Positions 22,981 through 35,924 of a DNA stretch of 64,000 nt are shown piece after piece. Location of the stretch: positions 1,875,061 to 1,939,060 of the forward strand of contig MU058423.1 of NCBI GenBank assembly GCA_013265495.1. Direction: 5' to 3'. The first letter of the stretch is position 1, and each line of letters starts with the position of its first letter. Both the position numbers and the translations under genes were made by a program. The notes under the pieces were generated by a model that made no database searches, was not told where the DNA came from, and saw only the letters and a list, made by a program, of their open reading frames with translations. Origin of the DNA: Vicugna vicugna. Taxonomy: Eukaryota.

Positions 22981-25115
22981 AGCTATTGGAGAATTTTTAA
23001 TGAGGAAAGACGTGGACAAATGTGTTGCCTAGAAGGATGACTGGTGAACATGCAGGGGTGGATTTTAAAGGGAAAGTGGAGGTAGAGAGAACAGGTGGGA
23101 AGCAGTTACTGCAGACCAAACTGGGCCGATTGAGCGCTCAGACACAGCCATGGCTGCAAGGAGGACGGACAGGTTGAGAGACGTTTAGGAGGTAAAAGAA
23201 ACAGAGCTGGGGGACCAGCTGACAAGGAACTCAGGGAGAAGGCACAGCAGGAGAGAGAAGAATCTAGATCACCCTTGAGCTTCAGACTTGATACTAGGAG
23301 AATGGAAGAAGCACTAACCACCATGCCCAGCAGAGAAAATAGAGATCTGGGGAGAGGGGCAGCTCTTCCCATGCTGTGCACACAGATGGTCCGGGGATGG
23401 GGACGGTGGGGTGGGGGATGGGGGACAGGCAACCAATCGTTCTCCTTCGACACCCACCCACCTTTACTTTCCTAATCATTTATCCTGTGTCCTTAGAGTG
23501 ACAAGCCTCTTTCCACAGGTGGAAGCATTACCCCTCTAAGCCTCTGACTGAACCGGACACTGAGGATGTCTGAGGAGTTGTTCCTCGTCTGCTTTGAAAG
23601 GTTGCATCTCTCTGACGCTTCCATCTTTTCCACCTTGGCTTGTCTATGCCATCCCCATTTCTGCCACTAGATGGCACCAGACTCCACCAGTTGGCCCAAA
23701 TACGGGGCTGTCGGGCTACCACTAAAGGGACCCACCTCTTGGAAGGGTATCCGTTTCACCTAACTCTAATTTAATTTAATTCTTCTAGAATACGTTCTCA
23801 TTATGGGTATATTATTCTTATAACTAGTTTATTTTTCTAACTATATTTATGAAGAATAGATCCCTGAATATAAAGAATTCTCACAAACTTTTCTTAGCCT
23901 CCCCTATGTTCTCTTCAGTCTTCAGAAAAAAAACAGCAGGGAACTGGGGCAGAGACCAGTTATCCATTTCTCAAAATTCTGACATTAAAAAAAATGAGAA
24001 TTGATCCAGTCAGAATAAAGGAGAGGCTCTGCAGATCGGCCAGCCCCTGGTGGGGATGGAGAGGGCGGCCGTAGGCGGCGTGTCAGTGCTCACTGGCCGT
24101 GGGGGCCCCTGGTGCCTGCAGCCATCCCGCCTCTCCACTCTGCTGCACTGGAACATGCAGCGGTGCCTCACCAGACTGGCTCTGCTTGCAGAGGGCGGCA
24201 GGACTGGGAAAGGCCCGGCACCCAGAGCAAACTGGCAGCAGCTGATGGTGTCTGAAGATCCAAAGGACAGAATGGGCAAATTCGATTCCTGGACATGGAA
24301 AGGAACTCTATGTCCAGCCCTTGAGCCTCAAAGTCGGAGGCACAGAGACTCATGGGCTGCAAGAAGGGGACAAGTCCGCAAATCAGGCACCAATGTCGGT
24401 CAAAGGAGCCAAAATCAAAGAACAAGGCCTGCATGGAACCCAGGCCTGGCCTGAGTGGGTCTTGCAGTAAAGCCTGCCCCGAGCACCCTGTAGGCAGGAC
24501 TTCAACAGGGTCAAAGGCAAGGAAGGGAGGGCAGCAGCCCCCGGGCCTCAGAAACCACAGTCTTCTTGGAGGCTTCTTAGAAACAAGATACAACATACAT
24601 TCATCGTTCATTTTGCATTTTCCTAGACTAGGAATTGAGGTGAGAAGGGGTCGTGGGCCAGTAGCCTGGCACCTAGGGGATGCTCCCAGCCCCTGGTTCA
24701 GACACAGGCTCGGGGCCTCATCAGCCCATCCCTGATATGGACTCTCTCACACGTGGTGATCTGGTGGCATCGAGTATTTGACACTAAGCAAAGGGGACAA
24801 AATCGCCAAAATGGGAGCTGAAACCCGTCCTGATCTCACTAATGGTCTTCCCACCCAGATGCCAGCTTATGATTCCTTGTCTCCAACTCAGCCACTCACC
24901 TAAGCCACACTCTCCCCACCCAGAGCCCCTGGGCTACCTCGCACCCTTCATTCAAAGAGGCCCTGAATCCATCTGCACCCCAAAATTGCCCCAGCTGGGC
25001 AGAGGAACACCCATCACATCCCTCTCCTACCTGGAGACAGCCAGGGCCAGCCCCTCCCCAAGTCCCCACATTAGCACGGAGGGAACACCACAGCCACGCG
25101 CCCCTTGTTCATGCT

Positions 25116-25121
25116 TTTATT
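25116..25121 (-). terminator. PROK1: Probable PROK1 polyadenylation signal AATAAA
   Basis: tttatt on + strand about 1.0 kb downstream of the stop codon. Confidence 0.65.
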
Positions 25122-26123
25122 CTGCAACCAGCCATCAGTGTGCATGGCTTCCAGCATCACCATGCTTCTGGCGAGCTGCGGCAGGGTCCAAATGTGAGGT
25201 GCTGGGCAGGGCTGGTGTTTTAGAAGAGAGTGCAGGCCTGTGATACAACTCCCAGACTGCTTTGAACTCAGGCGGCCCTCGCTCTCCAGAGAAGATGCCT
25301 TATCCGGTGAGGGGACCGTGCAGCCTGGCTGTGGTCCTGGCTGGTAGCTGCCTCCTGTGTCCAAAATCAGTGGCTTTCCTGCTCTCTCCCTACCCTCCTC
25401 ACCCTTCCCCAAGCCGGGCAGAGGCCAAAGGCCTCCTCGGGGTCACAGACCTGCTCTCAGGGGCTGATCTTGGGAGGGAGCTATTAAAGGTAACTCCCTG
25501 ATGCCTCCTAAATTGTCAACAGCTGATTCAACTGAACCACCATATTTGCATCGCATGGGGAGGCAGTGGGAACTGGGGGCTTCATTCTTAACTGGTAACA
25601 TGCTAGGAGGGGCCTCGGAGGCCCTGCAATTCTGGCCCAGTGGGCAGGCCACAGGCATCTGGAGGCTGACTGACTCCCTGGCTCCCCACACCTGCTGTGA
25701 GCTTGCTGATCCAGGCAGAAGAGCACATGCAGGGCGGGGGAGAGGGACAGGTCACCTCTGAGGAGAGGAAGGGCGGGGCAGGCAAAGACAAAAGGAGAGA
25801 ATGTTCTTCCTGTTACTTCCAACTCCTCAGGCAGCCTGAGCAGTGCAGAGCACCAGTCAGGCTAGTTCCAGGACCACAGCCACAGCTGGGGCCCCACAGG
25901 TGGGCCTGGTGGACCACGGCACCACGTGGAGTGTGGCTACATGCATGCACGTGTGTGCGCCAGGGAGGAGGGGTGTAGGTAGGGAGTGCCGGGAATGGGG
26001 ACTGGACAGCCGGGGGTGGGGCACGGGTGGGGAGCTGGGCCATGTGGCAGAAATAAAAGTCCAAGAAGGACCACTTCAGGCTGTGCTCAGAAACCAGCGG
26101 GTGTCCTGAAACCAGACAAGCTC

Positions 26124-26243
26124 CTAAAAGTTGATGCTCTTCAAGTCCACGGAGCAGCGGTACCTGCCGTCCGGGCACCGGGAGCACAGCAGGTTGGGCA
26201 GGCAGGGGCAGCTGTGGTGCTGGCGTTTTCCGAAGAAGGGGAC
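26124..26243 (-). CDS. PROK1: Prokineticin-1 exon 3: [39 protein letters not shown]
   Basis: cccag| acceptor, TAG stop at 26126-26124; total 105 aa, the usual PROK1 length. Confidence 0.96.
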   Translation of the reverse strand, partial: VPFFGKRQHHSCPCLPNLLCSRCPDGRYRCSVDLKSINF

Positions 26244-27763
26244 CTGGGAGAGAGGAGAAGACGGACGGCACATTCATCAAAGGGAGGTGGGCCTCCTGGC
26301 AGGAGACTTTGGTCAGCCCAGCCCTGGCCAATGTCACCTCCACCCCAGCACAGCAGTAACAGAGGAGGAAACCGAGGCACAGAGCAGCTAAGCAGCATGC
26401 CAAGATCACACAGCCAGTTTGTGGAGGAGCCAGGATTTGAACCCAGGCAATCTAGCTTTGACACTCTGTGATCAGTCACAGTGCAATGCTGTCTGTCCCC
26501 AACCATAAACCCCACAAGCCCCCACACTGCCTACCAGACACCCTTGCTGACCCAGCACACGTGCACACTCACACTCACACCCACCCTCATGACTGAGTAT
26601 CATTAGTAGCTCATCCATTATACTCTCGACACTGGGTTGGGTGCCAAGGATGCAGCTGTACAGGACAGACAAGGTCCCCGCCAGGTGACTTACACCCAAG
26701 GAGTACTGAACCACTGAGGTTTCCTCAAGGGGGTTGAGTGGGAAGGGTTGGGAACATAGGTCATGTCAGACGGCCTGGGCTCAAATCCCAGGCCTGACAA
26801 TTCTCAACTGGCAATTTATTTAGCCTCTTGGTGCCTCAGTCTATTATCTATAAAATGGGTGAATAATAGCGCCTACCACATTTGGTTGGAAAGAGGTTTC
26901 CACTATAAACTTAAAGAGGTTTAAACTTGCAAAGAGCACTTCATATGAAGAGTGCCACGTAGTAAGTTCTCAGCATTAGCCTGTATGACCTCTGTTGCTC
27001 CCTTTGGGGACAGAGATCTGTGGCTGAGCCTCCTCACACTCCCCAAGGCCATGACGACTGCTGCCCTACTCGTCTGCCTCCCTACACCTCCCCACCCCAG
27101 GCGGGCCGTGATGGGGAGGACAACTGCTGGAGGATGCTCCCAGGTGCAGGCGTGCTCCCCAGCGGAGCATGAAGGGCGCCTGGACCACAGGAAGCCCAGG
27201 GAAGGTGATGCAAGCCGGGGCCCCACAGTTGCCGCTGCATCCTCCTGACCTTCCGAAGCAAAGGCCTGCGGCCCTGTGCCTCTGGAGGGAGCTCCTGTGG
27301 GCGCTGGGCACCTAGGGCACAAAAGAGTGAGCCTCCTTAAAGTGTGTGCCCCAGGCGCCAGGCCAGCCTCACCCCCGCCCAGTCTAGGCCATTTTATGGT
27401 CTTATTTTGTCCTGTTCTTGAGGGGAGGATCCTGTGGAGCAAAAGGCACTGAGGACCCTTTCAGAATCTGAGTTTATGGATCTGATGGAAACTTCAGGAA
27501 TGTCCGTCTATTTCTCTCATTGTGTACATGAGGCAACTGAGGCCCAGAGCCGTCATGCTAATTGCCCAAGACCCCTCAGCAAAGGAGGAGCTGGGATCCA
27601 GCCCCCGGGTCTAATAGGCTGTGCGACTGGTACCCCGCTGCACCCCAGGCAGCCCCTCAAAGCAAGGAGGCAGTGAGATATTATTAGATTGGGGTCAGAA
27701 AACTGCGGTCCAGTGCCAGCTCTGTCTCACGGGCCTGGTGCCCTGAGCAAGTCTGAGCAGTAC

Positions 27764-27889
27764 CTTGTGGCTGCCAGGGTGGCACTCGTCTCCTTCCCGT
27801 CCTAGTGGGGTGCACACCCGCAGTCCACGTAGCCACAGGCTGACCGCACAGCAGGTGCTGGCCCCGCACTGCACGTCCCGCTCGCAGGC
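27764..27889 (-). CDS. PROK1: Prokineticin-1 exon 2: [42 protein letters not shown]
   Basis: 126 nt, ttgcag| and |gtactg; colipase-fold cysteine pattern. Confidence 0.97.
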
Positions 27890-30372
27890 CTGCAAGGGAA
27901 GACAAAGGGGCCCTGAGTGCCCATTAGCGTCCCACCCCAGAGAAACCAGAAGGAAAAGTACACCCAAAAACCCCTGAGAGGGATGCTGAGGGCAGCACCC
28001 AGACAGCACGGGACACCCAGGCCGTGCAGTGTTGCCCCTGCTCCCTTCACAGCGGGATGCTCAGAGCTCAGCAGGGCAGCCGACCTGGATCTGAGGGACC
28101 TCCAAGCTCCTTTGAGGCCACTCAGTAGGAAAATTCTCTTCTTTTGACACGTCTAGAGGTTAGGAGACAGAGCATTTCTAGCACCAGTAGGTGCTCAGTG
28201 GATGCTGGTGGAACTGGATTAATCTGAATTCTTAGATGGGGTAGTGCCACAGTGGCCCAAGCCCTGAGGGGGTCAGTGCTGAGCGTCCGTGGACTGGGAC
28301 CCTCCAGCCCTGACCCAGCAGCGCATGGGGTGGGTGCCTCCCTTCCCACAGTTCCCCCCAGCTCAGCCCTCACCATAAGCCCAGCCTCATCTGAGGACCC
28401 AGCCCCTCTTGGCAGGTGTTTCCCCTGGGGTTCCTCTGCTGGCCTGCCTGGCCGCCAGAGAGGGATGGACCCCTCAGGGTTGAACTCCCAGAGCAGGGGC
28501 TGAGTGACCTTCTGGAAGGTGCCACCTGCAGAGCCACACAGCCCCGCTTTAAACCAAAGCCTGGATTGGAGAAAACAGAACAGAACTGCTCCAGACTCAA
28601 GGGAGGCCACACTGAAGAAGCACCCAGACTTTCCACTTCCCGAGAAGCGCTGCGGCTTTGCTGAGTTCAAGTTCAGGGCTGCATCTGGGTTGGTTCTTCT
28701 CTAGCACAAGCCATAGAGCACCGTCTGGAGCCTATGTGGGGCTTGGCAGAAACTGGAAGGAAACCGCCACCTCACCCCTGCAAAGTGCTAGGGGGCCCCA
28801 GGAGGAAACTGGGAGATGCTGGGACTGCTCGCTACCCAGGGGAGGTGCGGGTGGCAGTCGCCTGGCCAGTCCGGTCTCCAGCCTGGTGAGGGCACATCTC
28901 ACATACCAGCCGGCCTCTGAAAGCTCAGGGTTAGGACTAAGTAGACCCCACCTGACTCCTCCCACTGGGAGGAGGGATCCTCTAGACCTGAATTTGGGCC
29001 AGTCACTGTCCTGGCAGCAGGGAGTATGGAGATGGGGGGGCAGTCCAGCATCTTCCTAGAAGTCGATTTGGGGCAGCAGCGAGGCACAGAGCGTGGAGGG
29101 AGTAGTCAAGTCGCACATGCATTTCGTCTTATCCCAGCTTCCCCCTCCCTGTGCTTTCCAAAGGGTCAACCTGGAGGCTTTCCTAGGAAGATACTTTCCC
29201 ATCTCGCAGACCTGTCTCCCACCACCCCTCGGGGCCAGACTCAGGATGAACCCACTCTCAGTGGGCTAACTACGGCTTCTCTCCTCTGCTCTCACCCTCC
29301 TGATCCCCAAACTACACCATAGGAGGGCACGCTGTGGTTTACATTCATTAGGTATAATTCTGCCCCGACAGTTGCGTTTATGCTGTGGGTCTCAGGAGCA
29401 TTGACTTGCCTTTGATATTTGCTCTTCTTTGAAACTCAAGTCTTTTTCCTCTAAAAGGGAGAAGAAAGAAATTTTCCTTTCTGCGAACATTAAAACTAAT
29501 CCAGTTCCAGGAATTGTTTGGCCCTTCTCTACATTTCCATTCTCTGTTTAAAAAGTTGGAGGAAGCTGAAACAAAAGTAAATTCCCCTCTTTTTTTTTCC
29601 CTAGTGGCTTTTATCTGGAAAGCTCTCAGGTAAACCATTACTTTCTGTTTTGATAAGACTGTCCCCACCACCATCACACAACATGTGCCCATGTCGGTGG
29701 GGGGGGGGGGTCCCAAGTGAAGTCAAACTTCTGAGAAGGAACCACAGTCGGGGCATTTCAACTACCACAGTGTGCCCACCCGAGGGTGCAGGGTGCCCAC
29801 GGTGAGACTGGATTTCTATGTTATTCGACGCTTGCTTCTAGGTCACCCAGCCAAATGTCGGTGTCACCCCTATTCCTATCAGAACTGGGCACAGAGTGAA
29901 AACACAAAAACTGTAAGGGAAAGAGTTTCAAGACAGGCTTTCTTAAGAGTAGAGAAAGCAGAGGTTAAGTGTACCCAATAGACGCTAAATAAGGTCACCG
30001 CCTTTAATTAACTCAGTTTGCTTTGTAAATTACACTTGCCATGTGGACCAGACTATATGAAAACCAAAATTACACAAAAGATAAATTAGGGGGCGCTAAT
30101 CCACTTTATGAAGGAGTTCATTATTACACAATGGGAATCTTCTTTTGACCAAAGGTCGAAACTTCAGAATTTTCAGTGCTCTCCCTGTGCATTGAATTTA
30201 ATTTACACACAGTTTCTCAAAAGCAGATCCCCTTCAGCAGAGTGAGGTCTAACTAGTATGAAAACCCTGGGAAGTGCCTCCCCACGCCCTTGGTTTGCCT
30301 CCTGGCTCCCATCCCATGCAGACTCTGATGTCCTCCCCAAACCCAGGGCATGGAGAACGTTGGATGACTTAC

Positions 30373-30444
30373 CCCGGTGATCACAGCACCGTCGGACACA
30401 GTGACAAGGAGGAGCATGACTGAGACTTGCGTGGCACCTCTCAT
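30373..30444 (-). CDS. PROK1: Prokineticin-1 (EG-VEGF) exon 1: MRGATQVSVMLLLVTVSDGAVITG
   Basis: ATG at 30444-30442, 72 nt, |gtaagt donor; signal peptide followed by the AVIT family motif. Confidence 0.97.
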
Positions 30445-30544
30445 GGTCACTTTGGAGAAGGAAAGCACTGCCCGCTCCGCTGTGTCTGGTCGCCTCTGCT
30501 CAGGCTCGAGCCCGCCTGCCCGGAAGGCCAGGCTCCCCCTGCAG

Positions 30545-30551
30545 ATTTATG
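30545..30551 (-). promoter_or_regulatory. PROK1: TATA-like element CATAAAT of PROK1
   Basis: atttatg on + strand about 100 nt upstream of the ATG. Confidence 0.5.
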
Positions 30552-31924
30552 CTGTCCAAACCAGGCTGCCCACGGATGCTGGCCTCCTCTCTTCTCGTCT
30601 TCATCACAGTGTTATTCAGATGATCTCAGGGATGGAGATGAGACCTGAATCCATAATGACATCAAATCACCATCAAAACCAATGAAGATGGACCTTCGGC
30701 GGCTGTGACAGTTGCTCTGACTCTCTGGGGACACAGTGATCCAGTCATCTCCGCGCCTTGTACCCCACAGTCTCCTCTGCCTCTGGGTTATCCTTTCATT
30801 CTGCTTGGGGCAGAGGGAGGGCTTTGGTAATAAATCAAGGGGTTTACAGCATCGCCATTTATCCTTCTCTGCACCAAACCAAGCGACACACAGGATAATT
30901 GGTTCCCTCACACTCAAGCCAACAAGAATAATCTGGGCGCTTACTGTCGGCTCAGCACAGAGTTGGGGGCCGAGAGGACACAAGTGGCTAAGGTGGTGTC
31001 CCTAGTCCGCTAGAAGGTTAAAATTCCAACAGGGAAACATGAGACAGTGCGAAAGCAAGGCCAGGCTTGTGGGGTTGATGTCCCTGAGAAACACACAAGG
31101 AATTGCCCTCTAAGGGGCCCAGGACGAACACCAGGGGTCACTTGGCTCGAGAACCAAAGGGCAGACGTTGAGCTAGCCCTTAGGTCCCTGCGGAAAAGCG
31201 TGCTGGGGCCGGGCTGCTGCTGAAAGATACCAGGAGCCACGCACCTTTTTGTTTTACGGGCTGAGCTTGACAGTGGCCTTATCCAGGGACGAACAGACAC
31301 TGAAGGCTCAGATGCCAGTCCTGGGGAAGGTGACTGGGCACAGCGCCTCCTGCTGGGTGGGAAGCTCCTGGCTCAGACCTCCTCATGCCAGGTGACCCAG
31401 AGGGCTCCCAGGTCACTTCATCAGACGCTGCATTTTTCTCCACAGTGACAAAAGCCATTATTGCCCAAGGTACGTTCTGCAATATATTAATAGGTGTTAT
31501 GCACACAAATAAATAAATATAAGATTTCCACAGTCAAAGGTTTGGGAAACACACTTCCATTCAATCATTTTACTGCAGGACTTTTCAGGGCCTTTCATAC
31601 GCTAACAAGCCTTTCAAACACCCAGCAAGGAAATGCAATTTCCTAAACAGAGTCATCCATCAAATGCTTTTTTCTTGGAGTGTCTCGGGGAAAAGGGCTC
31701 CCACGTAGACATGTTGACAGGCATCTATGAGTGCAGAGAGAGAGAGAGGAACCAACACAGCAGCTCAGATCGAGACCCCAGAGGCAGACAACTTGACTTC
31801 CGGTCCCAGGGTCATTAGATTCCTGACCCTGAGAATAATGAGTCTCTCTGAGCCTCAGTTTTCTCATCTATAACATGGGGGCAAGAAGGGCACTTACATC
31901 GTGGGGTCTTGTGAGTGTTTGGCC

Positions 31925-32480
31925 ACTTTTTTTTTATTGACTCTATATTTATTCATGTTACTGTATCGAAGGCACTGTTCTTGTTGTTGAAATAGGACAG
32001 TGAACAAAACAAGATCTCTGCCCTCACGTAGGAGAGACAGGCAATAGACAAATAAACAAATAGATTTCTAATAACATGGCTAGGTTTGTGGACTGCTATT
32101 AAAAAGGAAGGCAGGGAAGACAACAGAGCGTGACACAGGTGGTACTTTAGATGGGGTGAGGGTGTCTCTGAGAAGATACTTGAGAAGGTCTGATGAAGTG
32201 AAGGAGTGAGCTAGGCAGAGCCAGGAGAGGAACCAGTGCAAAGACCCTGTGGCAGGCCCTCCTTGGCCAGTTCCAGGAGCAGTAAGATGTGTGGTGAATA
32301 GGGGAAGGGAGGGAGAAGATGCTGCTGGAGTAGGAGCTAGGAGCCACGCCTGGCCAGCCTTGTGGGCATGGTGGGAGCCTGACAAAAGTATGACAGGAGC
32401 CTTTGGGCAGTTTGGAGCAGGGGAGGGGCAGGATGTGATTTGCACTTTGAAAGGAGCTCTCTGGCTGCTTGTGGAGAATT
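31925..32480 (-). mobile_element. L2 fragment
   Basis: cagtgaacaaaacaagatctctgccctc...gtgcaaagaccctgtggcagg...ctctctggctgct: L2 3' region in reverse orientation. Confidence 0.7.
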
Positions 32481-33960
32481 GAGATGATGCCGTTGAAGTG
32501 CTGAGCACAGTGCCTGGCACACAGCAATTTCCAACTATTGGCAGTTTCTTTCAAAAAAAGATGGGCCTGTCTGCCTTAATATAAAATTCTCCTTCAGAAT
32601 AAGTGACTGTGGCCCACCTGTACACTGTGGCACTGAGCCGGGCACCTGGCAGGAGAACCCAGAGACCACAGCCTGTCAGGAACTTACCGAGCTAGAGGGC
32701 AGCATCGTCCTGGAGGCTGGGAGGGGACACAGAGGCAGCCCTGTGGGCTCCAGGCACCCTGCACAGACTGCCCACCTCACACCGGTTGCCTTCCAAGAGA
32801 CGATGTTAGTTAGATAATGACCGATTCTCAGGGTAGCACCCCCATTCCACCCCAACTTCCCATCCTCACCGTCTTCCTCCCCAGTGCCTCCCACAACACC
32901 CAGAACCAATTATCCCACACAATGGCATGATAAACGGGAGCAAGAAATACTGCTGCAAACAGGACCAATAGCATTGACTGAAAGCATTTTATTTCTCTTG
33001 AAAAGCCAGTTTAATCAGAGGAAGGCAAGGGACAGACTAGGTAGACATCCCAGAAGAGACTTTGGGGAACTTTGAGGTTCTTTACCCAAAACTCACTTGA
33101 GCAGACAATCACTGAGTGCTTTCCGCATGTCGGGGCCAGGAGCTCCTGGCTCCTGGGTCTAAGTTCTCTCCAGAGCTGAGAGCTCTCCCGCTCCTGTAAA
33201 CAAATGGATTTCAGCAGGATCCTCGCCATGTGTTAGCCAGTTTAGGGTTACTTTGACAGATGTAGTGCAGAAAAGGAGAATGGGAAGGAGAGGAGGGCTC
33301 TGAACTAAGCCGCAGGGCCGGAGACCAAAGGAGGAGGTCAGGGGTGAAGAGCATGGTGAGAGCGGGGAAATGGTGACAAGCGTTCACACTGTACCTGCCT
33401 CCCTTGAGGGGGGAAAAGCTGGTGAGAAGATGTGCTGGGCCAACCTTTCCCGACTCCTCCACGTCCGGAGAGAATCAGGCGGATGTAGAAGAGGGCTGCC
33501 TCGAGATGGGGGCCAGGCCCCTGCTTCTCTGCTCTAGTGCTGTGGTGCCAGTGTCACCATTTTGCAGGACTGTTTGTATAGCTGGGCGGGCGCGTGTGTG
33601 TGTGCACGTGTGATGAACAAGGGCCGCTCACTCGGGCACAGGCAAACCCTGGAACAGAGGTGCGGGCCCAGGTAGCCACGACCTGGCAGGCCCTGAGGTC
33701 ATTCACCCCCATACATGGAATAACCTTGACCCCTGGAGGGTCCAGGGCCCCTTCCAGCTCTCCCATGAGGCCATTGCTTTGCAAATTAGAAAGCACTGCG
33801 TGTCTTGGGCCACAGTGCTCCTGCCTGGGAGTGACACTTGCTCACTTTATTAGTGGTTTCTTAGTGGCTAACGATTAAATGAGAGCCGAGTCTGACTCAC
33901 TTAAGAAAGATTTGAAGAAAAAAATACACAATCAAACAACAGAAACGCAAGTATCCAGAC

Positions 33961-34476
33961 CAGGGGTTCTCAGCCTGGGGTCACAGCTCCCCAAGAGGCT
34001 CATGAACAGAATTCAGAGGATCCATGAACTTGGGCTGAAAAAGAATTGCATCCTTATTCTCGCTAAGCACTAACTGAATGTTAACGTTTTCTTCTATCTA
34101 TTTGTAGGCCACAAACCCAGAAGTATTAATAGTACCTGTGTCCGTGTCAACAAGAGAAATTACAGGTGTTTTAATGCCATACTGCTATTGTTGGAAATAG
34201 CTCAAATATTTCTTCCTGTCATGACATTGAAATCATGGTTGCTTGGCCCTCTGCTAGACTGCGTTATTTATCCAATGCGTTAATAAAGAAACACATTTAT
34301 TACCATAACACAAATTTGTTTTTAATAGAAATATCTATAATTGTATTTCAATATAATTGATTTTCTTCATAATTTTACCTATTTTATTTTATTTCATAGA
34401 TTTTAAAACATTATTCTGAGCAAGAGTCATGGGCTTCCAAAGGGGCCGTGGTACAAAAATAGTTTAAAAAGCCCAG
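33961..34476. mobile_element. Charlie4a-like hAT DNA transposon (non-autonomous)
   Basis: caggggttctcagcctgggg...ccatgaacttgg...aaacattattctgag...aaaggggccgtggtacaaaaa: resembles the Charlie4a consensus as recalled. Confidence 0.7.
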
Positions 34477-35924
34477 AGGCAGAGTGGGGAGACTCAGAGA
34501 GAGACAAGACTCCCTTCAGTGAGGTACAGGGACGTAAGTTCAGGCTCTTTCTTTAAAGTCTTCTCTCTTACTTTTCACATAATTTTCTCCAGGTTCTCCT
34601 GGCTTCTCAGTCTCCTCCAAAGGGGCCCGGGGGCTGCACGCTCTCTAGCCTCCTGTCCCTCCACACACACCCTACTGAGCTTCACGGCCACCTAAGTGCT
34701 GATGATCCCAGACCAGTCCCCACCCAGGACCCCCACCCCCCGGCTCCTGCCCATCTAGGCAACAGCCAGTTGGAAGTCACACATGGATAACCCAGCACCT
34801 CACCTTCACACATCCCTGTCCTCCAACATCCTTTATCACTCTCACCCCTAAACCCACTCATACTGCTTGGGACTATTGCAAATAACAGAATCAGTCTGGC
34901 CAGCTTAAAGAAAAGGGAATTTAATAAAGACTAGTAAGTAGTTCACTGAATGGTCTGGGGTCTTGAGAAACTGGATGGAGCTTCGCGTCCAAGAACCATG
35001 CCCAGACCCACAGCACAGGGTCAGCTAATGAGAAAAGCGCCTCCCGAGGCAGATCTGCCAACATCCAGGCCCCGTGTGGAGCCTCTGTCTTCCTGCTGCT
35101 TCGTTCCTACCTGAGGGAAGGTGCCCGAGGGCTGTCTGATTGCAGAGCGTGGGTCCCACCCCTGCCCTTCTGCAAGGATCCTGCAAAGTAACTAACTCAT
35201 TACTGAACACAGGGAAGATGTTCAAAGCTCTTGGGTAGCTACAAAGCGTGGGTGCTCAGGATGCGCACCGCCCCATGCATCCTGCTGTGTTCCCTGCTCC
35301 CCTAGTGGCGCCACGACACACTCAGCCAAAGGTGGGAGTTTCCTGGGTTCCTGAATTCCCCTGCTTTCATCAGTCATGTAATCCTGTCAGCTGGCCTTCC
35401 ACTGGGACTCAGACTCTTTCCCACCTCCCAGCTCCACGACCAGTGTCTATTAACATCTTCCTGACTGGTGCCCATCTTTCAGGCTTACCCGTCTTCCACA
35501 CAACCCAGAAATCTGCTCTTCACTCTTGGAGACACAGAGTTCTCCAGGGTGTCCTCACTGACCTCAGGATGAAGCCCAAGCTCCTCGGGCTAGCAGCCAA
35601 GGGCGGGAATGGGCAGGCCCTGCTCCCCTTCTAGCTTCATCTCCATCTCCCTCGCACACTCCTCTTTCCAGCAAACAAAACCACCCGCGGTTCCTCCCCC
35701 GGCCACTCTGTTTCATTCCTCCATACCTTTCACACTCTGGTCCCCTTCTTTCTGGTCCAGGTGGACAAGCCCTACGTTTCCATCCTAGTCCAGGCACTTA
35801 CTGATGGTACGAACTTGCACAAATTATCACTCCTGAACCTCAGTTCTCTCTTCTGAAAAATGAGAATGCTACCCTCCCCTCTAGGTGCATTGTGAAAAGG
35901 ACACACCAGACAGAGTGCTTAGAC

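Noticed and set aside
29699..29710. G12 homopolymer in PROK1 intron 1
   Set aside because: Isolated homopolymer with length prone to sequencing error; no further structure
30690..30698. SF-1 site in the proximal PROK1 promoter (CGAAGGTCC on minus)
   Set aside because: Two mismatches to YCAAGGYCR; too weak to call
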